Assembly: GCA_964510165.1 (NCBI GenBank)
Contig: CAZEBC010000018.1
Coordinates: forward strand, 1 to 36,595
Source of the DNA: an uncultured bacterium
Lineage (GTDB): Bacteria > Abyssobacteria > SURF-5
Length of the DNA: 36,595 nucleotides
Direction of reading: 5' to 3'
The position numbers were made by a program, and so were the translations under genes. Below, in pieces: positions 7,032 to 16,031 of this stretch (within the stretch, counting starts at the first letter, position 1; each line of letters starts with the position of its first letter). Under the pieces are notes generated by a model. It saw only the letters and a list, made by a program, of their open reading frames with translations, was not told the origin of the DNA and searched no databases.

Positions 7032-8609
7032 ATGACCGACACGCAATCCCGGCCGCAAAGCCAAGCGCCGCCTGCTCCGTTCACGCTCGCCTATTACGCG
7101 CAGGAAACTCCCGCAAAGGAGGCACTGGCCGACGGCCAGAGGCGATTGACCTTTGCCGACTTCGACCGCCTCGTGAACCGCATGGCCAATGTGCTCGCCG
7201 ACATTGGCGTGCGCCGGGGCGATCGCGTGGCCATGCTCATGTACAACACGATCGAGACGATCGCGGTCGGATACGCCGTCGGCAAGCTCAAGGCCAACAC
7301 GGTGCCCATCGGCTACCGACTCAAGAGCGACGAGGTCGAGTACGTCGTCAACAACTCTCAGGCATCGGCTCTCGTGACGTCTGCCGAGTTCGATGCGGTC
7401 GTCAGGCCGGTCGCCGGCAGGTTCGAAAACATCGCGCCCGGCAAGATTCTGGCGTTCGGAGACGGCGTGCCCTGGGCTGCACGATTCGAGAAGAAGCTTG
7501 ACTCCGCCCCCGACACGTTCGTCGAGACCAATCCCGACGAATCAAGCTCCTCCATCATCTACACATCGGGGACGACGGGCAAGCCAAAGGGCGCGTTCAG
7601 GGACAACCGTCCCCGCGACCTGCAACTGATAATGAGCATCGTCTCGAACTTCCGCATCACGAGCGATGATCGCCACATCGTGGCCGGGCCGCTGTATCAC
7701 AGCGCGCCGCCGGTATTTTCCGGCCTTCACACGATACTTGGCGCGTTCGTGTATGTGATGAAGAGGTTCGAGCCCGAGGAGTTCCTGAAGGCGGTGGACC
7801 GCGAGAAGATCACGAGCACATTCATGGTGCCCACCATGCTCAACATGATCGTCAACCTGCCCGAGGAGGTCAAGGCGCGGTACAACGTCAGTTCCATGCG
7901 AAACATTGTGGTCGGCGGCGCTCCGTTCCACATCAGCACCAAACGCAAGACGATCGACCTGTTCGGCGAGGGATGCCTGTTTGAATTCTACGGGGCGACC
8001 GAAACAGGAATCAACACCATTCTGAGGCCGGAGGAACAGCTTGGGAAGGCCGGCTCATGCGGTAGAGCGTTTGACGGAAACGATATCCTGCTTCTCGATG
8101 AGGACAGGCAGCCAGTCAAGCAAGGCGAGGTCGGCGAGATGTTCATCAAGAACAATATGCTGATCGACGGCTACTTCCGGAATCCGAAGGCCACCGAGGA
8201 GTCCTTTCATGAGGGATATCTGTCGGTGGGCGATATGGCGTTCATGGACGAGGACGGCTATTATTACATCGTCGACCGCAAAAAGGACATGGTGATAAGC
8301 GGCGGCGTGAACATCTATCCCGCCGAGATCGAGATCGTCATCAATCACCATCCGAAAGTATTCGACTCGGCGGTCATTGGCATTCCCGACGACGAATGGG
8401 GCGAAAGCCTGAAGGCGTACGTCGTCTTGAAACCGGGCTGCGCCGCGACGCCCGACGAAATCATCGCCTATTGCCAGGAGAACATCGCGTCTTACAAGAA
8501 GCCAAAGTCAGTGGAGTTCCTGGATGACCTCCCGCGCAATCCAAGCGGCAAAGTGATGAAGAAAATCCTGCGCGAGAAATACTGGACGGGACAAAAGAAG
8601 GTGCACTGA
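7032..8609 (+). CDS. Acyl-CoA synthetase (AMP-forming, class I adenylate-forming enzyme)
   Basis: YTSGTTGKPKG P-loop, FYGATETG, SVGDMA, DRKKDMVISGGVNIYPAEIE, LPRNPSGKVMK. SD GGAG. Confidence 0.92.
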   Translation: MTDTQSRPQSQAPPAPFTLAYYAQETPAKEALADGQRRLTFADFDRLVNRMANVLADIGVRRGDRVAMLMYNTIETIAVGYAVGKLKANTVPIGYRLKSDEVEYVVNNSQASALVTSAEFDAVVRPVAGRFENIAPGKILAFGDGVPWAARFEKKLDSAPDTFVETNPDESSSSIIYTSGTTGKPKGAFRDNRPRDLQLIMSIVSNFRITSDDRHIVAGPLYHSAPPVFSGLHTILGAFVYVMKRFEPEEFLKAVDREKITSTFMVPTMLNMIVNLPEEVKARYNVSSMRNIVVGGAPFHISTKRKTIDLFGEGCLFEFYGATETGINTILRPEEQLGKAGSCGRAFDGNDILLLDEDRQPVKQGEVGEMFIKNNMLIDGYFRNPKATEESFHEGYLSVGDMAFMDEDGYYYIVDRKKDMVISGGVNIYPAEIEIVINHHPKVFDSAVIGIPDDEWGESLKAYVVLKPGCAATPDEIIAYCQENIASYKKPKSVEFLDDLPRNPSGKVMKKILREKYWTGQKKVH

Positions 8610-8634
8610 GTAAGGTTTGGGTCTTCCACCCGTT

Positions 8635-9495
8635 TCATGGTGCGAATGACTGCGCCAGGTCGATTATCTGCCGGCTCAGCCATTCGCCGAATGCGAAATA
8701 CAGCTCAACGAGTCGCTCACCGCAGAGCAGCGAGAGGATGGCGCCCGGCGCAAGGTATGTCCCGAACGGAATGTATTCCTCCCGCTTCCTGATCCGTCCC
8801 AGAATCAGCAGGCCGGTTATCGCCGAGCCGACCACCGAGGCGACGAGCACCGTCACGAGCACGCGCTTCCATCCGAGGAATGCGCCCACCATCGCGAGCA
8901 GTTTGACATCCCCCATTCCCATCCCCTCTTTCTTGAGAAAGAAGAGCGAGAACAGAGCCGCCAGGTAGAGCATGCCCCCGCCAAGCACGCACCCTATCAG
9001 CGAGTCAAGAAACGACTCGCTCACAAGCAGGCCGGCCGCCCACTTGTCGGGAACGAAACTCAGCGCGAGTCCCAGGACAATGCCCGGAAGCGAGATCTCG
9101 TCGGGGATGATGAAGTGCTTCAGATCGATGACCGTGACCACGATCATGGCCGACGTGAAGACCATGTATATCGCAAACGCCGCCACATTCGGGAACTGCC
9201 GCAGAAGCACGACGAAAAGGACCGCAGTCGCCAGCTCGACCGCTGGATACTGCCACGAGATGCGCTCGCCGCAACGCCTGCATCTCCCCATAAGAAGCAC
9301 GAAACTGACAACGGGGATGTTGTCGTACCAGCGTATCTCGCCCTCGCATTTCGGGCAGCGCGAGCCTGGCCAAACGAGCGACTTGCTCTCCGGAAGCCGC
9401 GCGATGCAGACATTCAGAAAACTGCCCACAATGGCGCCGAGCGCGAACACGTAAACGTGCAGGAAGATTTTGAGGGTGGCGGGGTCTTGTATCAT
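8635..9495 (-). CDS. pilD: Prepilin peptidase / N-methyltransferase (peptidase A24A)
   Basis: GSFLNVCIARLP, SRCPKC..RCRRC Zn motif, DNIP, catalytic aspartates in IDLKH and GMGMGDVKL, IPFGTYLA. Confidence 0.93.
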   Translation of the reverse strand: MIQDPATLKIFLHVYVFALGAIVGSFLNVCIARLPESKSLVWPGSRCPKCEGEIRWYDNIPVVSFVLLMGRCRRCGERISWQYPAVELATAVLFVVLLRQFPNVAAFAIYMVFTSAMIVVTVIDLKHFIIPDEISLPGIVLGLALSFVPDKWAAGLLVSESFLDSLIGCVLGGGMLYLAALFSLFFLKKEGMGMGDVKLLAMVGAFLGWKRVLVTVLVASVVGSAITGLLILGRIRKREEYIPFGTYLAPGAILSLLCGERLVELYFAFGEWLSRQIIDLAQSFAP

Positions 9496-10280
9496 TTCCT
9501 CAATGATTTGTCGAGTGTTGGCGCGGCCGGAGCGGCCTTGACCGCAGGTCGCCGCCCGGCAAACCGCATCCTCAACACGGAAGCGGTGTAGCGGATGAAC
9601 TCTTTGAAAAAGCGCGTCTTGCTCTCACCGGCAGGCCGGTTGTCATAGAAAACCGGTATCTCCAATATGCTCAGTCTGAGGTCAACGACCGACATCAGGA
9701 GTCGAATGAAATAGTCGCCGTACCCGTAGAAAATCCAGTCGAAATCGAGCCTCTCCAATGTATCGCGCCGGGCCGCGAAAAAGCCGCTCAGCTTGTCCGT
9801 TATCGGGATGCCGAGCACGAATCGAATAAAGATGTTGTACAGCAGGCTCGAATAGTAGCGCCATTGGCTGTACATGCCGCCGCCATAAAGGAATCGCGAG
9901 CCAACCACCACATCATAATACTGAATCAATTTGATGAATTGGGGGATATATTTAGGGTCGTGATTGAAGTCGGTGTCCATGATCACGATCGTCGCCCCTG
10001 TGCTGAGTTCGATCCCCCTTCTGATTGCAGTGGCCAGCCCGCGTTCGTCCGTCCTCACATCAAGCCGAACGCTCCCGTCGCCCCCGAACGCGCCGCGAAT
10101 CACGTCCGCCGTGCCATCGGGACTGTTATCGTCCACGACGATGATCTCGTAGTCGGTGATCCCATCGAGGGTCTGTTTGATCCGTCGCACCAGTTCTTCG
10201 ATGTTCCCGCGCTCGTTGTAAGTGGGAAGAACGACGGAAAGCCTGCCCTTGTGCGCCGCTTCTCTGAAATCGCGTTCCAC
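9492..10280 (-). CDS. Dpm1/Ppm1-like polyprenol-phosphate glycosyltransferase (GT2)
   Basis: VVLPTYNERGNI, IVVDDNSPDGT, RGLATA, MDTD.NHDP, VVGSRF, R.AGESK. Confidence 0.88.
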   Translation of the reverse strand: MERDFREAAHKGRLSVVLPTYNERGNIEELVRRIKQTLDGITDYEIIVVDDNSPDGTADVIRGAFGGDGSVRLDVRTDERGLATAIRRGIELSTGATIVIMDTDFNHDPKYIPQFIKLIQYYDVVVGSRFLYGGGMYSQWRYYSSLLYNIFIRFVLGIPITDKLSGFFAARRDTLERLDFDWIFYGYGDYFIRLLMSVVDLRLSILEIPVFYDNRPAGESKTRFFKEFIRYTASVLRMRFAGRRPAVKAAPAAPTLDKSLRK

Positions 10281-10424
10281 GCAAACCTCTGTTCATCCAA
10301 TGTTCATGAACCAGATGATAGATGATATACCGTATTTCCTTTTTTTGCAAACGATTCCGCGAGAAGCCGACGCCTCTTTCCCATCGGGCTTTCCATTCCT
10401 TCGGTTTGGTTTTCCGTTCATGGG

Positions 10425-10453
10425 ATGGTAGTATTATAACCGCCGTTGTTCAA
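10425..10453 (-). promoter_or_regulatory. Possible promoter for the GT2-pilD unit
   Basis: Minus strand TTGAAC-N17-TACCAT, with an embedded TATAAT (10433-10438), in the divergent spacer. Confidence 0.35.
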
Positions 10454-10483
10454 TGCACAGGCCAATCGCAATAAGTCTTGACA

Positions 10484-12433
10484 ATGGAACAAGGAAAAAC
10501 CGGTCGCGGCGTATGGAATTCGGCGGTGTGTGTCGCCGGCATGATCGCTTTCGCGCTGCTTTATCGGCATCTGAAAGCCCAGGCGTTGAGCCAGGGCTTC
10601 GTCTTGCAGGAATTGCAGCCGCTCATGGACATCGCCGCCGCCCTCGGCAAAAAACTCATCGAGGCGGGCGGTTGGCCTCTCCTCTCCACAACCGCGTTCA
10701 CCCTGGTGTTTGCGCTTGGAGCGCTCCTCACGGCAAGGACCCGCAAAACCCCGGCGGCCGCTACCTGGCCGCTCATTGGGGCCGCCTGCTTTGTGACGAT
10801 GTTCATCGGGGGCATGATCAATCTTGCCGTGTATGTCCTTGCAATGGCCGTAGTGCCCGTGCTCGCGTGGGCCGGGCAACGCCTCGATACCGCGGAATAT
10901 CCGAGCGAACCGGCAAGCGTGTCCGAAAAAGCCATCGTTGCCGGCATCGTGTTGCTGGGACTTATCCTGCGCCTGTACAAAGTGGACGTGTTTCCCCGCG
11001 TGTATCTGATCGATGAACAATTGCTGGCGGAGGCCGCCCTTCAGATAGGAGAACGCGGCAGGAATTTCTTTGACGAACCCCACATCATGAAGCCGCACCT
11101 GCTGAGACTGGCATCCATCTGCGGCGCGTTCTCGGCGCTGGGGGTGGGCCTTTTCCCGCATCGCACGGTCTCGGCGCTCGAGGGAACGCTCTGCATCGTG
11201 CTCGTGTATCTACTGTGCCGAAGACTCTGGGGCAATCGGGCGGGCGTCTTCGCTGCGTTCACCCTCGCCATAGACCCGTGGCACATCGGATACAGCCGGT
11301 TCGGGATACAGGAAATAGAGGGGCCGTTGCTGCTTCCGGCGCTTTTCTACCTGATAATACGCGCGGTGCGGATGGGCGGTGTACTGAACTTCGCGCTCTT
11401 GGGCGCTCTCGCCGGCGCTTCGGTGTACCTTTACCTCTCTTGCCTGGTGATGGCCCCGTTTGCCTGGGTGGCCGTGATTTTGGGCAGAATCCTCACCAGA
11501 AAAGAACGCAAGCCCGTTTCGTTCGGCGAGATGGGCGCAATGGCCGCCGCAACCGTCCTGGTGGCGCTACCATATTTCACGCTCGGCCTCGAAAACGTCG
11601 GAGAATTGAACGATTTCTACTCGAGGTCGGCCCACTTCCTCGCCGAAGCGAGAGACCGCGGATGGAACCCGGCCTTCGCGCTTTTCGCCAATTTCTGGCG
11701 CGGGATGGAATACCTGCTTGAATGGTCGCCCCGCGTTACCAAGGTGGCGACACATTTCTACCCGAACCCCATCCTGATGGGCCTCGCGCTCATGGGCGTG
11801 GGAGTCCTGTTCGGCCTGCGAAAGCGGCTCGAAAACATGCTGGTGCTCGCATGGATACCCGTTGCGTTCCTGCCGGTTGTCGTCTCGTATGGCTTCGCGG
11901 ACCGCCGCCTCTTTGCGACTCTCTACCCCGTCCCGGCGATGCTGGCCGGACTGGTCCTCACCAGGTTTCTCCCAAATCCCGATGCTTTCGGCGCGACAAA
12001 ATGGCTGCGTCTGCTGTTCGCCCCATTTCTCGCCACGATGGCGCTTACAAGTGTCTTCATAACGTTCCAGGGTACGGACCCACGTGGCGGCGGCTCACCG
12101 CATCCAAGGAAGGCAGCCGAATTCATCAATTCGCTTCCCCCGCACTATGATGTGATAGTGTCGGACCGCATGCAGCGGCATGCCTACTTGTTGTATCTGG
12201 CCAACTACGAACGCCTCAAACAACGAGACAGGGGAAACGCATTCAGTTTTGTCAGTTTCGAGGATCTCGCGCCGCGCATCTCGCAGGTGGCCTCGACGCC
12301 CGGGCTGGCGGTGGTGATCGAAAGGGGAGTGGAGCAGCGCAGGTTTCTGGAGGCCGTCAAGAAAGCGAATCCCAACGTCGAAATATTCCAGTCCGACCAA
12401 TATCTGGCGTGTGTGGTCCCTGCAGAGAACTGA
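10484..12433 (+). CDS. GT-C-fold glycosyltransferase (ArnT/PMT-like membrane protein)
   Basis: Many TM segments; LRLY..D..P..YLIDE acidic loop; PWHIGYSRFG motif; C-terminal soluble domain. Start is ATG 10484 or TTG 10478. Confidence 0.75.
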   Translation: MEQGKTGRGVWNSAVCVAGMIAFALLYRHLKAQALSQGFVLQELQPLMDIAAALGKKLIEAGGWPLLSTTAFTLVFALGALLTARTRKTPAAATWPLIGAACFVTMFIGGMINLAVYVLAMAVVPVLAWAGQRLDTAEYPSEPASVSEKAIVAGIVLLGLILRLYKVDVFPRVYLIDEQLLAEAALQIGERGRNFFDEPHIMKPHLLRLASICGAFSALGVGLFPHRTVSALEGTLCIVLVYLLCRRLWGNRAGVFAAFTLAIDPWHIGYSRFGIQEIEGPLLLPALFYLIIRAVRMGGVLNFALLGALAGASVYLYLSCLVMAPFAWVAVILGRILTRKERKPVSFGEMGAMAAATVLVALPYFTLGLENVGELNDFYSRSAHFLAEARDRGWNPAFALFANFWRGMEYLLEWSPRVTKVATHFYPNPILMGLALMGVGVLFGLRKRLENMLVLAWIPVAFLPVVVSYGFADRRLFATLYPVPAMLAGLVLTRFLPNPDAFGATKWLRLLFAPFLATMALTSVFITFQGTDPRGGGSPHPRKAAEFINSLPPHYDVIVSDRMQRHAYLLYLANYERLKQRDRGNAFSFVSFEDLAPRISQVASTPGLAVVIERGVEQRRFLEAVKKANPNVEIFQSDQYLACVVPAEN

Positions 12434-12445
12434 CGTCTTGGGCGT

Positions 12446-14146
12446 TCAGTAAAGCTTTATCACGACATCGATCTCGCCCAGGTCGTCCGGTTCATGATAG
12501 ATAACATACTTGATCCCATGCTCGGTCAGACGTCGGACCTCGGCCTCGTCCAGTTCGGCAAGACCAGGCCCCTCAGGCGCCAATTCGTTTGCAAAATCAC
12601 GCAGCGATTTGTCGTATCGCGACAACACTCCAGTCGGAATGGGCTTTTCGTGGACCGTCTGGTAATACATGTACTCCGTGAGCGCGTGGTACTTGTTAGC
12701 GGGAAGGTCCAGGACCGCGAATTCGCCCGGTTCCTGTGCGATTTCCGCGTATATGGGAGGGGCAGACACGACGCGCTCACGGAAACGCACATTCCATAGC
12801 TCGACCAGCACCAGCAACATGAACCCCCCGGCGACGCACCCGCGAACCACGCTCTCCCTTCGGGCTTCATTCTGCGCAGGGGTTCCGCTTAGCCTGGCCA
12901 GCACGTGAGTCAATCCAAGACACGCAAGCACGATGATTCCCATCTCCGCGAGCACGATAAAGCGGTAGGGCGTCCGCATCACATTGAAGAAGGGGAGCCA
13001 CTTGTACAGGAGCAGGTACGGCAGCGGGATCGTGGTGCTCCATTTCCAGACATGAAGGTAAGGCCCCAGACTCAACACGAAAAACAGCACAAACAGGCAC
13101 AGCCAGAGGCCGGTGGCCTTGAGAGGCGTCCTGAACAGCCCAACCGCCGCAAGCCCGATCACGGTAAACGTGAGGAACGTCGCGTGCCCGGGCACACCGG
13201 AAAGATAATAGGTGAATTCAGGCAAAAGCCCGAAAACGGAGCGGTAAAACAAATGCTTCTCTGCGGCTGGCCATACAAACCCGGCCAGATTTGCCGAGAG
13301 CATCTCGAGCGTCCACTCGGGCTGGCCTCCGGCGACGCCAGAATTAACTATCGCGATGACCTTCGGCGCAAGCACTGCCGACGTGAGGAAGCATAACACC
13401 GCAAGCCTGCGCCACACAGCCGCCCCCTTCAACTCCTTTCGCTCAAAGGCCATCCAATACGCGAGGATCACACCTGTCAGCAGGAGCAGAAAGTACGTAT
13501 ACACCGTGCAGGTCAGAAGGGTTATGCAGAAAAACAGAGCCGCCATCACCGGATTCGCGTATGATTTCTCCCGAAACGTCCTCAGCATGAACAACACGTA
13601 GAGCGCAATCCAGCCCATGCTCAACAGGTCCGTATGCACAATGTGCATCGTCCGATACGGACAGAACGCAAATGCGATTCCCCCAAAGAACGCCGCGAGC
13701 GAGTCACCGGCGAGATATCTCACGAGCGCGAACATGCCCAGCCCCGTCGTGACAAAGGTGAGCAGGATCGCGATATTACAGCCAAGTATGATCCCGCTCG
13801 GCTTGTCGAGCATCAATTGAAATGGGATCGTGAGCATGCTGTTCAAGAGCGTGAGTTCATGCAGGGCCAGACTCGTACCGTTCGGATAAAACAAGAACTT
13901 CGTGTGGAAAGGACTAGTCTTGAGGTCAACCAGCGACTTCTTCGCCCACCATGCATCCCACAGCACGATGTTCTGGTCGAAACTTTCGCCGATTTGACTC
14001 TGTGCGAACGAGACCGTTAGACGTGTGACATGGGGATACGTGAAACAAATGGCGAGCGCCGCGTAGAGGCAGGCCGCTATCAGATATGCGCGCCAGGCTT
14101 TCGATTTCGGCTGTGCGCCGCTATCTCGGGCACCCGCTTCATTCAT
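12446..14146 (-). CDS. Polytopic membrane protein, YfhO/GT-C-like
   Basis: DQNIVLWDAWW, SPFHTKFLFYPNGTSLA, FAFCPYR, LSLGP, LPFFNVMRTPYRF, YMYYQTVHEKPI; many TM helices. Confidence 0.7.
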   Translation of the reverse strand: MNEAGARDSGAQPKSKAWRAYLIAACLYAALAICFTYPHVTRLTVSFAQSQIGESFDQNIVLWDAWWAKKSLVDLKTSPFHTKFLFYPNGTSLALHELTLLNSMLTIPFQLMLDKPSGIILGCNIAILLTFVTTGLGMFALVRYLAGDSLAAFFGGIAFAFCPYRTMHIVHTDLLSMGWIALYVLFMLRTFREKSYANPVMAALFFCITLLTCTVYTYFLLLLTGVILAYWMAFERKELKGAAVWRRLAVLCFLTSAVLAPKVIAIVNSGVAGGQPEWTLEMLSANLAGFVWPAAEKHLFYRSVFGLLPEFTYYLSGVPGHATFLTFTVIGLAAVGLFRTPLKATGLWLCLFVLFFVLSLGPYLHVWKWSTTIPLPYLLLYKWLPFFNVMRTPYRFIVLAEMGIIVLACLGLTHVLARLSGTPAQNEARRESVVRGCVAGGFMLLVLVELWNVRFRERVVSAPPIYAEIAQEPGEFAVLDLPANKYHALTEYMYYQTVHEKPIPTGVLSRYDKSLRDFANELAPEGPGLAELDEAEVRRLTEHGIKYVIYHEPDDLGEIDVVIKLY

Positions 14147-14897
14147 TCGTTGGTCTCGGCCGCTCTTTTATCACGCGAGCGGGAACGCCAGCCGCAATCT
14201 TGTAAGGCGCCACGTCGCGGTTCACGAACGAGCACGCGCCCACCACCGCCCCCTCGCCGACCGTTACTCCGGGCATGACCACGCTGTTCATTCCTATGAA
14301 TGCGCTTCTCTCGATCCGCACCGGCGCGCACCTCACGAATTGCCGGTCCGCTGGAGCGCATGAGGACATCTCATAATACCGGTCGGTCTGGCCGTCGGTG
14401 TAGTGGTTCACGCCGGAATAAATCAGCGAGCCGGCAGCGATGTCCGCATAATCGCTTATCGTGAGGCCGCCCCTTCCCTGCAACAGCACATTCGAGGCCA
14501 CGTGCACGCAGCTTCCGATGCTCACCGGGCCGTTGCCCTCGATCTTCACGTTCGTGTCAAGATGGCTGTAATCGCCGACGCTCACGTTCTGCGGGGCCCA
14601 AATCGTGACGCCGAGATCTATCAAGACATTCTTGCCCATGCGCCCCAGCTTCGCCTTGAAATAAGCCCCCCGCAGGAAGAATCCCGCCGCCCCCCGGGGA
14701 TAGCTTCTGACAAACATCTCGAGGAAATCCGAGACGATTGGTATCTTCACAATGAGCCAGATGACCGACGCGATGAGCGTCATTATGGCTTGGATGCCCG
14801 AGACCAGCACGCTTTCAGCCGCGTTCAGCCTGACCGCCGTTCCGTACGCATAATCGCCTTTCAGCGCCTTGGCGATATATTCGCTGGTGTATAACAC
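14139..14897 (-). CDS. Hexapeptide-repeat (LbH) sugar acetyltransferase with an N-terminal hydrophobic segment
   Basis: Hexapeptide repeats; FIGMNSVVMPGVTVGEGAVVGACSFVNRDV..IAAGVPARVIK. Confidence 0.85.
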   Translation of the reverse strand: MLYTSEYIAKALKGDYAYGTAVRLNAAESVLVSGIQAIMTLIASVIWLIVKIPIVSDFLEMFVRSYPRGAAGFFLRGAYFKAKLGRMGKNVLIDLGVTIWAPQNVSVGDYSHLDTNVKIEGNGPVSIGSCVHVASNVLLQGRGGLTISDYADIAAGSLIYSGVNHYTDGQTDRYYEMSSCAPADRQFVRCAPVRIERSAFIGMNSVVMPGVTVGEGAVVGACSFVNRDVAPYKIAAGVPARVIKERPRPTNE

Positions 14898-14903
14898 GCG
14901 GGC

Positions 14904-16031
14904 TTACCCCCTATGCCGGGCAGAGAGCAGACTCTCACAAATGTAGTCGATGTCGCCCCCGGTGAGCGTGGGCGAGGAAGGCAGGCTGAGACCGTTCTGC
15001 GAAACCTTCTCGGATATCGGAAACCTCGCGCGCGTGGCATACATCGGAAGCAAGTGCATGGGAATAAAAACGCGACGGGTGTCTATCCCGGTCGCCGCCA
15101 GTCTCCGCGCGAGTTCCTCGGCGCTCACGCCGAACGAGGGGTCAACCATGATCGTGTAAAGCCAGTGCACGCTCCTGGCCCAGGCCATCTCAGGAGGCGC
15201 AACGATGCCTTCGACGTGCGCGAGCCGCCTGGAGTACATCTTTGCGACTCTGCGCTTGGCGGATACCAGCCGCGAGATTCGCCTCATCTGTGCCCGTCCG
15301 ACCGCCGCCTGCATGTTCGTCATTCGATAATTGTATCCGACCTCGGGATGATAATACCTGCGCTGCGTGTCCATCGAGTGATCGCGCAGAAAGCGCACAC
15401 GCTGGTCAAGCTCGGCATTATTGGTGACGACCATCCCGCCTTCGCCCGTCGTGATTACCTTGTTGCCGTAGAAGCTGAAACAGCCGACATCGGCCAACGC
15501 GCCCACCCGCCTTCCGCGATACTCGGAGCCGTGCGCCTCGGCGGCGTCCTCTATCACCGAAATCCCTCTGCCCTTCGTTATCTCCAAAATGCGGTCCATG
15601 TCGCAAGGATGACCGTACAGATGGACCGCGACCACCGCCTTCGTCCTCGGCGTAATCGCTGCGCGTACCTGCTCGGGATCAATCGTCCAGGTGTCCTCCG
15701 AGACGTCCACGAGAACAATCTTCGCGCCGATATAGGCGATGCTGTTGGCCGTCGCCACGAACGTGAGCGTGGGCATGATGACCTCGTCGCCCTTGCCGAC
15801 GCCGAGCGCCATCAGAGCGAGATGCAGCGCCGCAGTTCCGTTGGATGTCGTTGCGGCATGCGCAGCCCCGCAGAACCTCGCGAACGAACGCTCGAACAGG
15901 GGAATATGTTTGCCGAGCGATGAGATCCAACCCGTCCGTATGCAGTCCTCCAGCAGGTCCAACTCCTCCTGCCCGAGCACCGGCTCATACACAGGATATC
16001 GCTTATTCTTTGATGGCATGTGTCTCGTCAC
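14904..16031 (-). CDS. DegT/DnrJ/EryC1/StrS sugar aminotransferase (GDP-perosamine synthase-like)
   Basis: GWISSLG, SNGTAALHLAL, VHLYGHPCDM, EDAAEAHG, FSFYGNKVITTGEGGM (PLP lysine), GYNYRMTNMQAAVG. Confidence 0.9.
   Translation of the reverse strand: MTRHMPSKNKRYPVYEPVLGQEELDLLEDCIRTGWISSLGKHIPLFERSFARFCGAAHAATTSNGTAALHLALMALGVGKGDEVIMPTLTFVATANSIAYIGAKIVLVDVSEDTWTIDPEQVRAAITPRTKAVVAVHLYGHPCDMDRILEITKGRGISVIEDAAEAHGSEYRGRRVGALADVGCFSFYGNKVITTGEGGMVVTNNAELDQRVRFLRDHSMDTQRRYYHPEVGYNYRMTNMQAAVGRAQMRRISRLVSAKRRVAKMYSRRLAHVEGIVAPPEMAWARSVHWLYTIMVDPSFGVSAEELARRLAATGIDTRRVFIPMHLLPMYATRARFPISEKVSQNGLSLPSSPTLTGGDIDYICESLLSARHRG

Noticed and set aside
10293-10421. 42-codon minus-strand ORF (MNGKPNRRNGKPDGK...) upstream of the GT2 gene
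   Set aside because: No SD, no recognisable motif and no attenuator structure; probably a chance ORF.
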